A stretch of DNA of 22,627 bases from Phycisphaerales bacterium (GTDB lineage: Bacteria > Planctomycetota > Phycisphaerae > UBA1845 > Fen-1342), in the NCBI GenBank assembly GCA_016795025.1, contig JAEUIR010000051.1, positions 1-22,627 of the forward strand. Reading direction: 5' to 3'. A program made the position numbers and the translations under genes. The notes under the pieces were generated by a model. That model did not search any database. It was not told the DNA's origin and worked only from the letters and a program-made list of their open reading frames with translations. This document shows positions 14,752 through 22,627 of the stretch, in pieces (positions within the stretch are counted from its first letter, which is position 1; each line of letters opens with the position of its first letter).

Positions 14752-16821
14752 GTGTTCGCATACACACTGCTGATGTCCGTTGCAGACGGCGTACTTTTGA
14801 CGGTAACGACGATGCTTGGCATGGTCGTTGTCGCCGGCTTGTTGAGCAGTATTCGATACATCCCCAACAACCGCGCGGGCATTGTCGAGAAGCGCTTCAG
14901 CGCGCGCGGCTCGGTGCAGCATGGATTTATCGCGATGAATGGCGAGGCGGGCTTTCAGCCCCATGTGCTGCGAGGCGGTCTGCACCTGTTGATTCCGTTC
15001 CAGTACAAGGTGCACATCGTTCCGCTCGTGACGATTCCGCAGGGAAAAATCGGCTACATCTTCGCCCGCGACGGACGGCCGCTCGCGCCCACGCAGACGC
15101 TGGGCAGCAATGAAAAAGCAAACAGCTTTGAAGATGTCGAGCATTTTTTGCGGAACGGCGGGCAGCGCGGTCCGCAGCGTCAGATTCTGCGTGAAGGCAC
15201 GTACGCGATCAATCTGGCGCAGTTCGCCGTGATCACGGCCAACCACATGTATTTTTTGACGCTGGATCGCGATGACCGTGGCATCTTTCAGAATATGACG
15301 AACGTCATTACGGTGCGCGAAGGCTTCGAGCCGGTGGTGATCAAAGGCGCGGACGACATGTGCGGAATCGTGACGGTTCACGACGGCCCGGCGTTGCCCG
15401 CCGGCGAGATCATTGCGCCGATCGTCGGTCAGAATGCCGAAGAGGCCGAATCGTTTCATAACAATTTTCAGGCTCCGGAGCATTTCATCCGCGCCGGCGG
15501 ATGCCGTGGCCGTCAGCACCAGGTGCTAGTCGAGGGCACGTATTACCTGAACCGGCTGTTCGCGACGGTGGAGCTGATTTCGAAGACCGTTGTCGAAGTC
15601 GGTAATGTCGGCGTGGTGGTGTCATACACCGGCCGCCGCGGCGCTGACTTGTCCGGTGCGGAATACAAACACGGCGAGCTGGTGGAGCAGAATGGCCGCG
15701 GTGTGTGGAAAGACCCACTGATGCCTGGCAAGTATGCGTTCAATACTTACGCGGGCAAAGTCATCATGGTGCCGACGACGAATTTCATATTGAAATGGAT
15801 CCGGAGCGAAAGCGGGCAGCATCGTTACGACGAGAGCCTGAGCGAAGTGTCGCTCATCACGAAGGACGCCTTCGAGCCGTCGTTGCCGCTGAGCGTGGTG
15901 GTGCATATCGACTATCGCAAGGCGCCGCTGGTCATTCAGCGATTCGGCGACGTGAAGCGACTGGTCGAGCAGACGCTCGATCCGATGGTATCGGCGTACT
16001 TCAAGAACATCGGCCAGACGCGCACGCTGATTCAGCTATTGCAGGATCGCGCGATGATTCAAAAGCTGGCCGGCGAGGAGATGCAGGAGAAATTCGCGCA
16101 CTACAACCTGGAGCTTGAAGAAGTGCTAATCGGCACGCCGACTTCGAGCGGCGGCGACCGACGCATCGACGACATCCTGACGCAGCTTCGGCAACGCCAG
16201 ATTGCCGAAGAGCAGGTTGAGACGTATGCGCGCCAGGAAAAAGCGGCGTTGAAGGAACGCGAGCTGCGAGAAGCCGAAGCCAAGGCGCGTCAGCAGCAAA
16301 GCCTGACCGAGAGCGAATTGTCGATTCGCATGCAGGAAAATCAGGGTAAGGCTGAATACCAGCGCGCGATTCAGGAAGCGGCTCGCGTTCGCGCGATGGC
16401 CGAAGCCGAAGCCGCCAGGACTCGCGCGCTGGCCGAAGCTGAAGCGGCCCGCATCCGCGCCGTTGGCGAGGCGGAGGCGGACAAGGCCGCTCGCATCGGC
16501 GTGGCGCAGGCCGTGGCGATCGAGGAGCAGGTGCGCGCGTATGGCGGTCCGCAATATCAGCTTACGCGACAGGTGATGGAGCGCTTCGCCGAGGCGATCC
16601 AGCACTCGGGCGTCGATCTCGTGCCAAAGGTCGTCATCGGTGGCGGCACGAAGGGCGACATGACAAACGGCGGCAATGTGATGGAGGCGCTGTTGACGAT
16701 GTTGTTGTCCGAACGATTCGGCGTGACGCCGGCCGTGACGGACGCCAAGCCGAATCCGCTGGCGGAGCGCATGCGCCAGGATGTACGACAAGTGCTAACG
16801 AACGGCCCGGGGAAAGGGTGA
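14752..16821 (+). CDS. Flotillin / SPFH (band 7) domain protein, FloT/YqiK-like, with an extended Glu/Ala-rich coiled coil
   Basis: N-terminal TM (VLLTVTTMLGMVVVAGLLSSI) followed by IPNNRAGIVEKRFS, the SPFH-start signature. The SPFH body runs to ~residue 430. A long coiled coil with EAEA repeats follows (AEAEAARTRALAEAEAARIRAVGEAEADKAARIG), then the flotillin C-terminal region. The start is taken as the GTG at 14752 with an AGGAG RBS 7 nt upstream. Alternatives are the ATG at 14773 or the ORF-track ATG at 14674. Confidence 0.8.
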   Translation: MFAYTLLMSVADGVLLTVTTMLGMVVVAGLLSSIRYIPNNRAGIVEKRFSARGSVQHGFIAMNGEAGFQPHVLRGGLHLLIPFQYKVHIVPLVTIPQGKIGYIFARDGRPLAPTQTLGSNEKANSFEDVEHFLRNGGQRGPQRQILREGTYAINLAQFAVITANHMYFLTLDRDDRGIFQNMTNVITVREGFEPVVIKGADDMCGIVTVHDGPALPAGEIIAPIVGQNAEEAESFHNNFQAPEHFIRAGGCRGRQHQVLVEGTYYLNRLFATVELISKTVVEVGNVGVVVSYTGRRGADLSGAEYKHGELVEQNGRGVWKDPLMPGKYAFNTYAGKVIMVPTTNFILKWIRSESGQHRYDESLSEVSLITKDAFEPSLPLSVVVHIDYRKAPLVIQRFGDVKRLVEQTLDPMVSAYFKNIGQTRTLIQLLQDRAMIQKLAGEEMQEKFAHYNLELEEVLIGTPTSSGGDRRIDDILTQLRQRQIAEEQVETYARQEKAALKERELREAEAKARQQQSLTESELSIRMQENQGKAEYQRAIQEAARVRAMAEAEAARTRALAEAEAARIRAVGEAEADKAARIGVAQAVAIEEQVRAYGGPQYQLTRQVMERFAEAIQHSGVDLVPKVVIGGGTKGDMTNGGNVMEALLTMLLSERFGVTPAVTDAKPNPLAERMRQDVRQVLTNGPGKG

Positions 16822-16950
16822 GAAATTCAGAATGCGGAACTCAGAGCGCTGAACGCGGAATTCGGAGGCCTGAGTGAAGCGCGCGCCGGTTGAAAAATGA
16901 GTGGATGGCGGCGATCGCGGCCGCTACTGCGTGAGGTCAGCGTGTGTGTG

Positions 16951-16984
16951 GCCGGGAGTTGCCGCGCGAGTGGCAGCTCCCGGC
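16951..16984. terminator. GC-rich hairpin between convergent flotillin and MFS genes (candidate bidirectional terminator)
   Basis: gccgggag-t-tgcc-gcgcgagt-ggca-g-ctcccggc forms an 8 bp outer stem plus a 4 bp inner stem. It lies 5 nt 3' of the MFS stop codon (16989-16991) and ~130 nt after the flotillin stop. No strong U-tract on either side, so it is more likely a stabilising or intrinsic-terminator-like element than a canonical terminator. Confidence 0.3.
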
Positions 16985-16988
16985 GCTG

Positions 16989-18344
16989 TTACTTGTCGGA
17001 CGGCTTCTTGGCTTCCTCCGCTGCGTTGTACAAGCCGCGCAGGCGGCGCAGCTCGGGCAGCCAACATGCCGTACCGATGACGACGAGAATAGTGCCGATT
17101 CCGCCGGAGACCACGCTGAACACCGGCCCGAAGAACTTCGCCACTAACCCACTCTCAAAGCCGCCTAGTTCGTTTGACGACTCGATGAATACCGCGTTCA
17201 CGGCGGCGACGCGGCCGCGCAAGTGATCCGGCGTTCTCACGCTTACGAGCAGGTGGCGAATCACGACGCTGATGTTGTCTACCGCGCCGAGAATCGCCAG
17301 ACAGGCTAATGACAGCCAGAAATTCGTGGAGACGCCAAACAGGATCGTGAACGCGCCAAAGCCGGCGACAGATAACAGCAGCGCTCGACCGGCCTGCTCG
17401 ATGGGGCGGCGGTGCGCCATGAACACAGCCATGATGAACGCCCCGACGAACGGCGCCGCGCGCAGCGCGCCGAGTCCCACCGGCCCGACATGCAGGATGT
17501 CCTGTGCGTAAACGGGCATCAGCGCCGTCGCGCCTCCCAGCAGCACCGCGAACAGGTCCAGGGTGATGGCGCCGAATACGGTCTTTTCGCGCCAGACGTG
17601 ACGCGCGCCTTCGAGCATTCCGGGGATCAAGACGCGCGGGCGAATCGCGTTCCACATGCCGTCATTCACGGGCGGCGGCGAATGCGGTCGTATGAAACCT
17701 GCGCTGATCGCGAACCACAAACATGAAACGCTCATGAACACATAGACCGGCCAGGCGGCCTTTACGAAATGGATTAGAAATCCGGCAGCGATCGGACCGA
17801 GCATCGCGGCGAGTTGAAACAGGCTTGCGTTCCAGGTGACGGCGTTCTGGAACAGCAACCCGCTCGCGCCGCCCGGCAGCATCTGTGGCAGCAAGCTGGA
17901 GCGACTCGGGCCGTTGAACACGCGGGCGCAGCCGGTCAGCGCGATCAGGGCAAACATCATCCACAATCCACCGCGACCGCTCCCTAGCGCGCCGCGCTCC
18001 CAGGCGATCGAGCCGGTCGTCAGCGCCGCTCCGGCGATCGCGAAGCCGATCTGAGTGGCGATCAGCACGCGCTTGCGGTCGATGCGATCGGCGATCTGCC
18101 CGGCCGGCAGCGCGAGCGCCAGCGTCGGCAATGCCCGAAAGACGCCGATGAGGCCTAGTGCGAGCGGGTCTTGCGTGCGCTCGTAAATTTCCCACGCGAG
18201 TGCGGTGTTCTGCATTTGCAGACCGATCGAAGCGGGCAGCCATCCGCCCGCGAAAAGCTGGTAATTGCGGTTGCGCAGCGCGGCATAGGCATCGTGAACG
18301 GGATGGGCGGGTATCGAGTCGTCTGTTTTGTCCGGCGGCATCAC
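16989..18344 (-). CDS. MFS transporter (EntS/YbdA-like, 12-TM)
   Basis: 451 aa and hydrophobic throughout. The N-terminal motif YQLFAGGWLPASIGLQMQNTALAWEIY...DPLALGLIGVFRALP is typical of the EntS-type MFS family. The start is 13 nt downstream of the PMT_2-TPR stop on the same strand. Confidence 0.7.
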   Translation of the reverse strand: MMPPDKTDDSIPAHPVHDAYAALRNRNYQLFAGGWLPASIGLQMQNTALAWEIYERTQDPLALGLIGVFRALPTLALALPAGQIADRIDRKRVLIATQIGFAIAGAALTTGSIAWERGALGSGRGGLWMMFALIALTGCARVFNGPSRSSLLPQMLPGGASGLLFQNAVTWNASLFQLAAMLGPIAAGFLIHFVKAAWPVYVFMSVSCLWFAISAGFIRPHSPPPVNDGMWNAIRPRVLIPGMLEGARHVWREKTVFGAITLDLFAVLLGGATALMPVYAQDILHVGPVGLGALRAAPFVGAFIMAVFMAHRRPIEQAGRALLLSVAGFGAFTILFGVSTNFWLSLACLAILGAVDNISVVIRHLLVSVRTPDHLRGRVAAVNAVFIESSNELGGFESGLVAKFFGPVFSVVSGGIGTILVVIGTACWLPELRRLRGLYNAAEEAKKPSDK

Positions 18345-18357
18345 GCGGGAATTGTAC

Positions 18358-20433
18358 TCATTCGAGGCGCGCGGCTCGGTCCGCGCGATATTCGGTTAGT
18401 CGCGCACTAATGCGTGCCCCAAGTCGCAGGTCGCCGCCACAACGGTCGAGCGCGCTCGTTGCCGTTCGGATGGCCTCGTCGAAACGGCCGACCTCGGCAT
18501 ACGCGGCGGCGAGAACATCTAATACGGCTGCGTTCGGGACCGACATCGACGCTGCCGCGGACTCCGCGAGCTTTACGGCGGCGGCGCCGTCGCGCACCTG
18601 TTGATTCGGGGCGGCGGCAAGAAACCATGCAAGACGAAGTTGCAGTTCGAAATCGGAGGGGTTGGCGTTCGCGCCACGCCGCAGCGCGTCTACTGCCGCC
18701 GGCCAGTCTGCGCGTCGTCGGTGCGCCTCGGCGAGATTCGACCAGGGCGCCGGGTCGAACGGATCGGCCTCGACCGAGCGTTGCAGATAATCGATTGCAG
18801 ATTCGATGTCGCGCGCCATGAGCTTCGCGGTTCCCATCGCGGCCAATACGTGCGGTACGTTGGATTGGCCGGCAAGCGCAATTTCGTATTCGGCAATCGC
18901 GTTCGCTGGTTGTCTGCGTTGCGACCAGACCTGTCCCATGCCGAAATGCGCGGCTGCTTTGCCGGGCTGAATTTCCAGTGATTTTTTCAGGTAATGCTCG
19001 GCTGTATCCGCCTCCCCAATGTTGGCGAGCGTGATGCCGGCGTTCGCGTAGCTCGTGGCCAACTCGGCCTGGGCGGGAAAGGGCGTCGGCCAATTCGCGG
19101 GAGCGGCGACCAGGACGCCGACGGCGATCGCGCCCCAAAGCGAGGCGGTTTCGCGACATCGCACTCGACGCACAATTTCCACGATTGCGTGGCTGGCCAA
19201 AGGCATCAACAGCACCGCCAGCGGATAGCGATAGCGCGCCAGCACAAAGAACGCCGCTGTGGACAGCAGAAATATGGCCGCCATCAGCACAATCAGTCGC
19301 GTTTCCGGCCACTTCGACCAACTGAGCCAGGCGCCGGCAACTGCCAATGGCAGCAACAAGCCGAAGTGCGTGATCGGCGACAGAAGACCGAGCAGGACGC
19401 TATGGTCTGCATAAAACGCCTGATCCTCCGAATCAGGAATTTCATAGGCGTTGGTCGCCAGGAACAGTTTGTGCGCGGTGAGCCGCAGCCAGGGCAACGG
19501 CTCCGCGCGGATGAACTTAAACGCCTCTGCGTACCAGAAGCGCGATACTTCGCGCGGCGACAGTTCCCGTCCGGCCGCAGCCTGAGCAATGCGTATCGCG
19601 TCGATGCGTTCATAACGCGTTTGTCCCCGCCCGGCGCTCAGCGCCACATATGATCCGTTCGCGCTCGGGTTGTTTCCGATGTAAAAATTCGGCCCGGACT
19701 GATAGGTGGTGATCAGCGCCTGGCCGCACACGACGTAGTTGCGCCAGGCGACGATGCTGAGAATCGCGACGGCCCCGAGGGTCAGTGTGCCGGCACGCGT
19801 CAGGCGCGCCCCAACGCGGTTTGTATGGCTTGGCGAGATCGTGATTGCAAGCCAGCCGGCAACGACCGGGATTAGCAACAAAGCGTTCTCGCGCGTCAGC
19901 GCGAGCGCGGCGATCGTCATGCCCAGCGCGCCGCAGACGATCAACCCCGTGGATTGTCGCAAACGCGAGATGAGCCAGAGCATCGTCGCGAATCCGAGTT
20001 CATCCAACACGGTTTTTTGAATCAACGCGCCGAGGAAGATCGAAGGAGGATAGATCGCCAGCAATGCTCCGGCGAGCACACCGACCGGCGTGGAGAACAA
20101 TCGTCGGCTCGCGGCGGCTAGCAGCACGCAGGAAACAGCTCCAACGGCGGCCTGCACAAATCGGATCGCGATGGCGTCGTCCCCGACGAGGCGCATGGTC
20201 GCCGCGAGAAAATACGGGTATAGCGGCGCTTGATAGAATGGTTCCGAGCCAAGCCAGTCACCTCCCGCGATTTGTCGCGCCCATTGCAGATACGCTTCGG
20301 AATCGATAACGGGGAAGCGCACCATCGGAACATCGCGAATTTCCGCGATGAATGCAGCGCGCGCGAGCAGCGCGAGCAGAAACACACCGGCCAGCCAAGC
20401 CCACCACGGCAAATCGCGCTGTCGAGCGTCCAT
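18358..20433 (-). CDS. PMT_2-family (ArnT / GT39 / GT83-like) integral-membrane glycosyltransferase with a C-terminal TPR domain
   Basis: From the ATG at 20433: MDARQRDLPWWAWLAGVFLLALLARAAF...FPVIDSEAYLQWARQIAGG...EPFYQAPLYPYFLAATMRL. The D-x-E-A-Y loop after TM1 and the FY..PLYPY pattern are characteristic of ArnT/PMT-like GT-C enzymes. There are ~11 hydrophobic segments through residue ~470. The C-terminal ~220 residues are TPR-like (AEHYLKKSLEIQPGKAAAHFGMGQVWSQRRQPANAIAEYEIAL...). The upstream 83 codons of the 774 aa ORF are Arg-rich and overlap the upstream gene, so they were excluded. The stop of the upstream gene and this start are arranged TGA-t-ATG. Confidence 0.6.
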   Translation of the reverse strand: MDARQRDLPWWAWLAGVFLLALLARAAFIAEIRDVPMVRFPVIDSEAYLQWARQIAGGDWLGSEPFYQAPLYPYFLAATMRLVGDDAIAIRFVQAAVGAVSCVLLAAASRRLFSTPVGVLAGALLAIYPPSIFLGALIQKTVLDELGFATMLWLISRLRQSTGLIVCGALGMTIAALALTRENALLLIPVVAGWLAITISPSHTNRVGARLTRAGTLTLGAVAILSIVAWRNYVVCGQALITTYQSGPNFYIGNNPSANGSYVALSAGRGQTRYERIDAIRIAQAAAGRELSPREVSRFWYAEAFKFIRAEPLPWLRLTAHKLFLATNAYEIPDSEDQAFYADHSVLLGLLSPITHFGLLLPLAVAGAWLSWSKWPETRLIVLMAAIFLLSTAAFFVLARYRYPLAVLLMPLASHAIVEIVRRVRCRETASLWGAIAVGVLVAAPANWPTPFPAQAELATSYANAGITLANIGEADTAEHYLKKSLEIQPGKAAAHFGMGQVWSQRRQPANAIAEYEIALAGQSNVPHVLAAMGTAKLMARDIESAIDYLQRSVEADPFDPAPWSNLAEAHRRRADWPAAVDALRRGANANPSDFELQLRLAWFLAAAPNQQVRDGAAAVKLAESAAASMSVPNAAVLDVLAAAYAEVGRFDEAIRTATSALDRCGGDLRLGARISARLTEYRADRAARLE

Positions 20434-20434
20434 A

Positions 20435-22198
20435 TCAGCGCGATCCCAGGAAGCCGCGAATCGCCGGAATTGCTCGCTCCGCGCGGGCGCGATCGACCGC
20501 CACCAACTTGACGTCGTGCGAATCGACCTCAGCAACCGATTGATCCACGTTAAATGTGATGATCCGTCCGTTGGGTTGCCAATCCCACTGACATGCCACG
20601 CGGCGTCGGCCATCGGCGTCCGGGGGCAAAGGCCGTAACCGCATCGTCGGGAGGCTTTGCCCCCACGGCCCGATGGTTTCAAGCAGCCATTCGCCGTCGT
20701 CCTGATTCGCCGCCCAGGCCTGCGCGATCATTTCCATTGGCGGACTAATGAAACAGTCAGTCGGGATAAGTTTTACCGTGCGGTTGAGTCGGCCAAGCTG
20801 AATTGTGTGCTGAATCGTCCCATCCAGACCGCGCTTGGTGCGAAGCGACGTCGGCGTGCCATCCGCCGATTCGCCTTGCCAGGCATTCGAGTATTCGTAG
20901 CCGTGCTCATCCATTGTCCATCGTTCGGACTCGTGGCCCTGCGGGAATATTGTCAGATTCTGGCCGCGGTATCCAAGTCGGGGATTGCGGCTCTCGGCGC
21001 TGCGCTCCATTACTTGCAGCCGCAAGCCGGTACGCGACTCAAGCAGGTAATCGCGAGACAATTCGCGTCCCCACCAAGCCACCGGGCCCTGTTGCGTCAA
21101 CAGCTTCGACAGCGCCATACCGGCGGAAATCGACGCGTCAACATCTGGCGCGCAATCAGCCTCGCGAAAGGCGATCGCTTCGGCAAGGCGTTTCAACGAC
21201 GACTCTGCCTGAGCCGCATTTCGGGGATTAGCGCGGGCGATCAGCAGAACGGCGTTGCGAGGGTCGCGCCAGACGAGGCCCGCGCTGCTGAATGTGTCGT
21301 CCTGTTCCACAGCCGGGTTCGGCATGATGGCCATTGAAAGGCCGTCTGCCCGGTGCAACTCGTCCGGGGTCGGCAGATCGACCCACGGCGCGTGCAGGGT
21401 GGATGCGGCCACGTCGCGCAGAATTTCCGCGGCGTTGCGGCCGGGGGCCATCCACGTTCGAAATATGTCGATGGCGTGCGTCATTTCGCCGTTTTCGAGA
21501 AAGCCAACATGAAGTCCGGCGAATTCCTCGCGGGCAGCGACCACGCATGCGTCCGCCGGCAAACGCGCTGCAAGTCCAACCTGTGCCCAAGCTTCGGCCG
21601 GGGATTTTGCGACGGCTTCGTCGTCGACGCGCACGGCGCGGCAAATCGCGTCGAGCAGGTCAAGATCGCCGAGCGTCAGATCGGTGAGCGGCACATATTC
21701 CACAACCAGAATGTCGCCGCGTGGCGTGCAGGCCACCCGGATGACGCTGTCCTGATCGAATCCGAATCCGCGGTGCTCGACGCGCAGGCGGCGCGTGGCC
21801 TGCACCCCCCAGAAGCGCCCGATTCGCGCCGGGCGATAATCGCTGAAAGGCAGCGCGTCGCGCTGCGCCCGTTCGCGAATCCACTCGCGCGGCGAGCGAA
21901 ACGACGAGCCTTGCGCATACGAAAACGTAATCTGCCGCTCGATGGAGATGCGCTGGCGGCCGATACCCTGTTGTCTGGTGGGCAGCACGAAGCGCCCAGG
22001 AGCTTTCGGGTTGGCGATCCAGCCGATCGGCGGGCGAACGACCAGCGGCGTGTTCTCGACGCGCTGCTCAGCGGCCAAGGCGCGCGAGGCGCTGACTTGC
22101 CACCAGGCCAACCCCAGCGTGCTCGCCAGCAGCACAGCGCTTAGGATGAGCAGGCGAGCGGGCTTGCCGGGGCGCGTACCGGAATAGACTTCCCACAT
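20435..22198 (-). CDS. Large exported/membrane-anchored protein of unknown function (588 aa), translationally coupled to the PMT_2-TPR glycosyltransferase
   Basis: From the ATG at 22198: MWEVYSGTRPGKPARLLILSAVLLASTLGLAWWQVSASRALAAE, a signal-anchor or signal peptide. The remainder is soluble-looking with no motif I recognise. The stop lies 1 nt before the start of the downstream glycosyltransferase. Confidence 0.5.
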   Translation of the reverse strand: MWEVYSGTRPGKPARLLILSAVLLASTLGLAWWQVSASRALAAEQRVENTPLVVRPPIGWIANPKAPGRFVLPTRQQGIGRQRISIERQITFSYAQGSSFRSPREWIRERAQRDALPFSDYRPARIGRFWGVQATRRLRVEHRGFGFDQDSVIRVACTPRGDILVVEYVPLTDLTLGDLDLLDAICRAVRVDDEAVAKSPAEAWAQVGLAARLPADACVVAAREEFAGLHVGFLENGEMTHAIDIFRTWMAPGRNAAEILRDVAASTLHAPWVDLPTPDELHRADGLSMAIMPNPAVEQDDTFSSAGLVWRDPRNAVLLIARANPRNAAQAESSLKRLAEAIAFREADCAPDVDASISAGMALSKLLTQQGPVAWWGRELSRDYLLESRTGLRLQVMERSAESRNPRLGYRGQNLTIFPQGHESERWTMDEHGYEYSNAWQGESADGTPTSLRTKRGLDGTIQHTIQLGRLNRTVKLIPTDCFISPPMEMIAQAWAANQDDGEWLLETIGPWGQSLPTMRLRPLPPDADGRRRVACQWDWQPNGRIITFNVDQSVAEVDSHDVKLVAVDRARAERAIPAIRGFLGSR

Positions 22199-22310
22199 GC
22201 TGGCGAATGATAGCGTGTGACGCGGTTCGCGCCCGGTACGTCGATGTGTCGTGGTCGGCGGCGCGGTTTCGCTGATAGGCTGTTCGCGCGGGCGGTTTGT
22301 TGAAATAAAT

Positions 22311-22627
22311 TTATCGTGCGGAGGGGCCGTCCAGCCGCACTGCAAACTGCACGTTTTGAAATCCAGCGCCGACGCACTCGTCCATCGCGCGAACGATGTG
22401 CTTCCAGCGCACCGAGGATTCCGCGCCGATCACCACCGGGTTCGTCGCATCCGCGCCGGCGGCGCGCTTGCCTTCCAGGAATTTCCGCAACTCGTCGAAT
22501 GCGTTGGTGCCGATCGGCTCGCTGTTCACGTAAATGCCGCAAGACTTGCCGGCGTCGATATTTTGAAGTCCGATCTTGACGGCTGGAATGATGTCAACCG
22601 CCGCGCCGGCTCCGGGGCCGCTGCGCG
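22311..22627 (-). CDS. exbD: ExbD/TolR family biopolymer transport protein (C-terminal part; the gene starts beyond the right edge)
   Basis: Extending the listed 72 aa ORF upstream in frame gives ...AGAAVDIIPAVKIGLQNIDAGKSCGIYVNSEPIGTNAFDELRKFLEGKRAAGADATNPVVIGAESSVRWKHIVRAMDECVGAGFQNVQFAV. This matches the ExbD periplasmic domain pattern (IYVN...V..EL...L......V.I.AD..V.....V.VMD....AG...V.F.). Confidence 0.6.
   Translation of the reverse strand, partial: RSGPGAGAAVDIIPAVKIGLQNIDAGKSCGIYVNSEPIGTNAFDELRKFLEGKRAAGADATNPVVIGAESSVRWKHIVRAMDECVGAGFQNVQFAVRLDGPSAR

Noticed and set aside
14647-15519. 290 aa - ORF antisense to the flotillin gene.
   Set aside because: The SPFH-domain frame on the + strand is unambiguous. 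The antisense product has no motifs.
18407-19653. 304 aa - and 219 aa + ORFs inside the PMT_2-TPR gene.
   Set aside because: Shadow or alternate-frame ORFs. The Arg/Gly/Pro-rich composition contrasts with the hydrophobic TM-rich real frame.
1-22627. Searched for CRISPR arrays, IS elements or transposases, integrases, and phage genes.
   Set aside because: No regularly spaced direct repeats, no terminal inverted repeats flanking a transposase-like ORF, and no integrase or recombinase motifs in any frame. GC content appears uniform, so there is no indication of a horizontally acquired island.

Overview
High-GC (~65%) bacterial chromosomal window, with gene content most like Planctomycetota-type genomes: many Ser/Thr kinases, flotillin, PMT_2-TPR glycosyltransferases. 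It is densely coding. I find no rRNA, tRNA, CRISPR array, transposase or integrase. Calls in window order:
- Partial radical-SAM gene (MqnC/MqnE/CofH-like), minus strand, running off the left edge.
- A polytopic membrane protein, a GNAT acetyltransferase, and a divergently transcribed stand-alone FIST sensor protein.
- rnpA (RNase P protein) follows the FIST gene, overlapping its stop by 14 nt. This context is unusual: there is no rpmH upstream.
- A UgtP/MGDG-synthase-family GT28 glycosyltransferase sits 7 nt downstream of rnpA, followed by a Dpm1/Ppm1-like GT2 and a 480-520 aa protein with BshC-like motifs.
- A Hanks-type Ser/Thr kinase carries a C-terminal TM-CHASE2-TM sensor module. Immediately after it comes a tandem array of three diverged paralogous secreted/lipoproteins that share a strongly conserved Thr-rich core of unknown function. 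This is the most novel-looking part of the window.
- On the minus strand: rsgA, a small membrane-anchored Cys-rich zinc-ribbon protein, then a ~760 bp non-coding region.
- On the plus strand: a long flotillin/SPFH protein.
- A minus-strand operon: exbD (partial at the right edge), a 588 aa exported protein of unknown function, a PMT_2 (ArnT/GT39-like)-TPR membrane glycosyltransferase, and an EntS-like MFS transporter.
Many long six-frame ORFs in this GC-rich DNA are shadow ORFs and were rejected.
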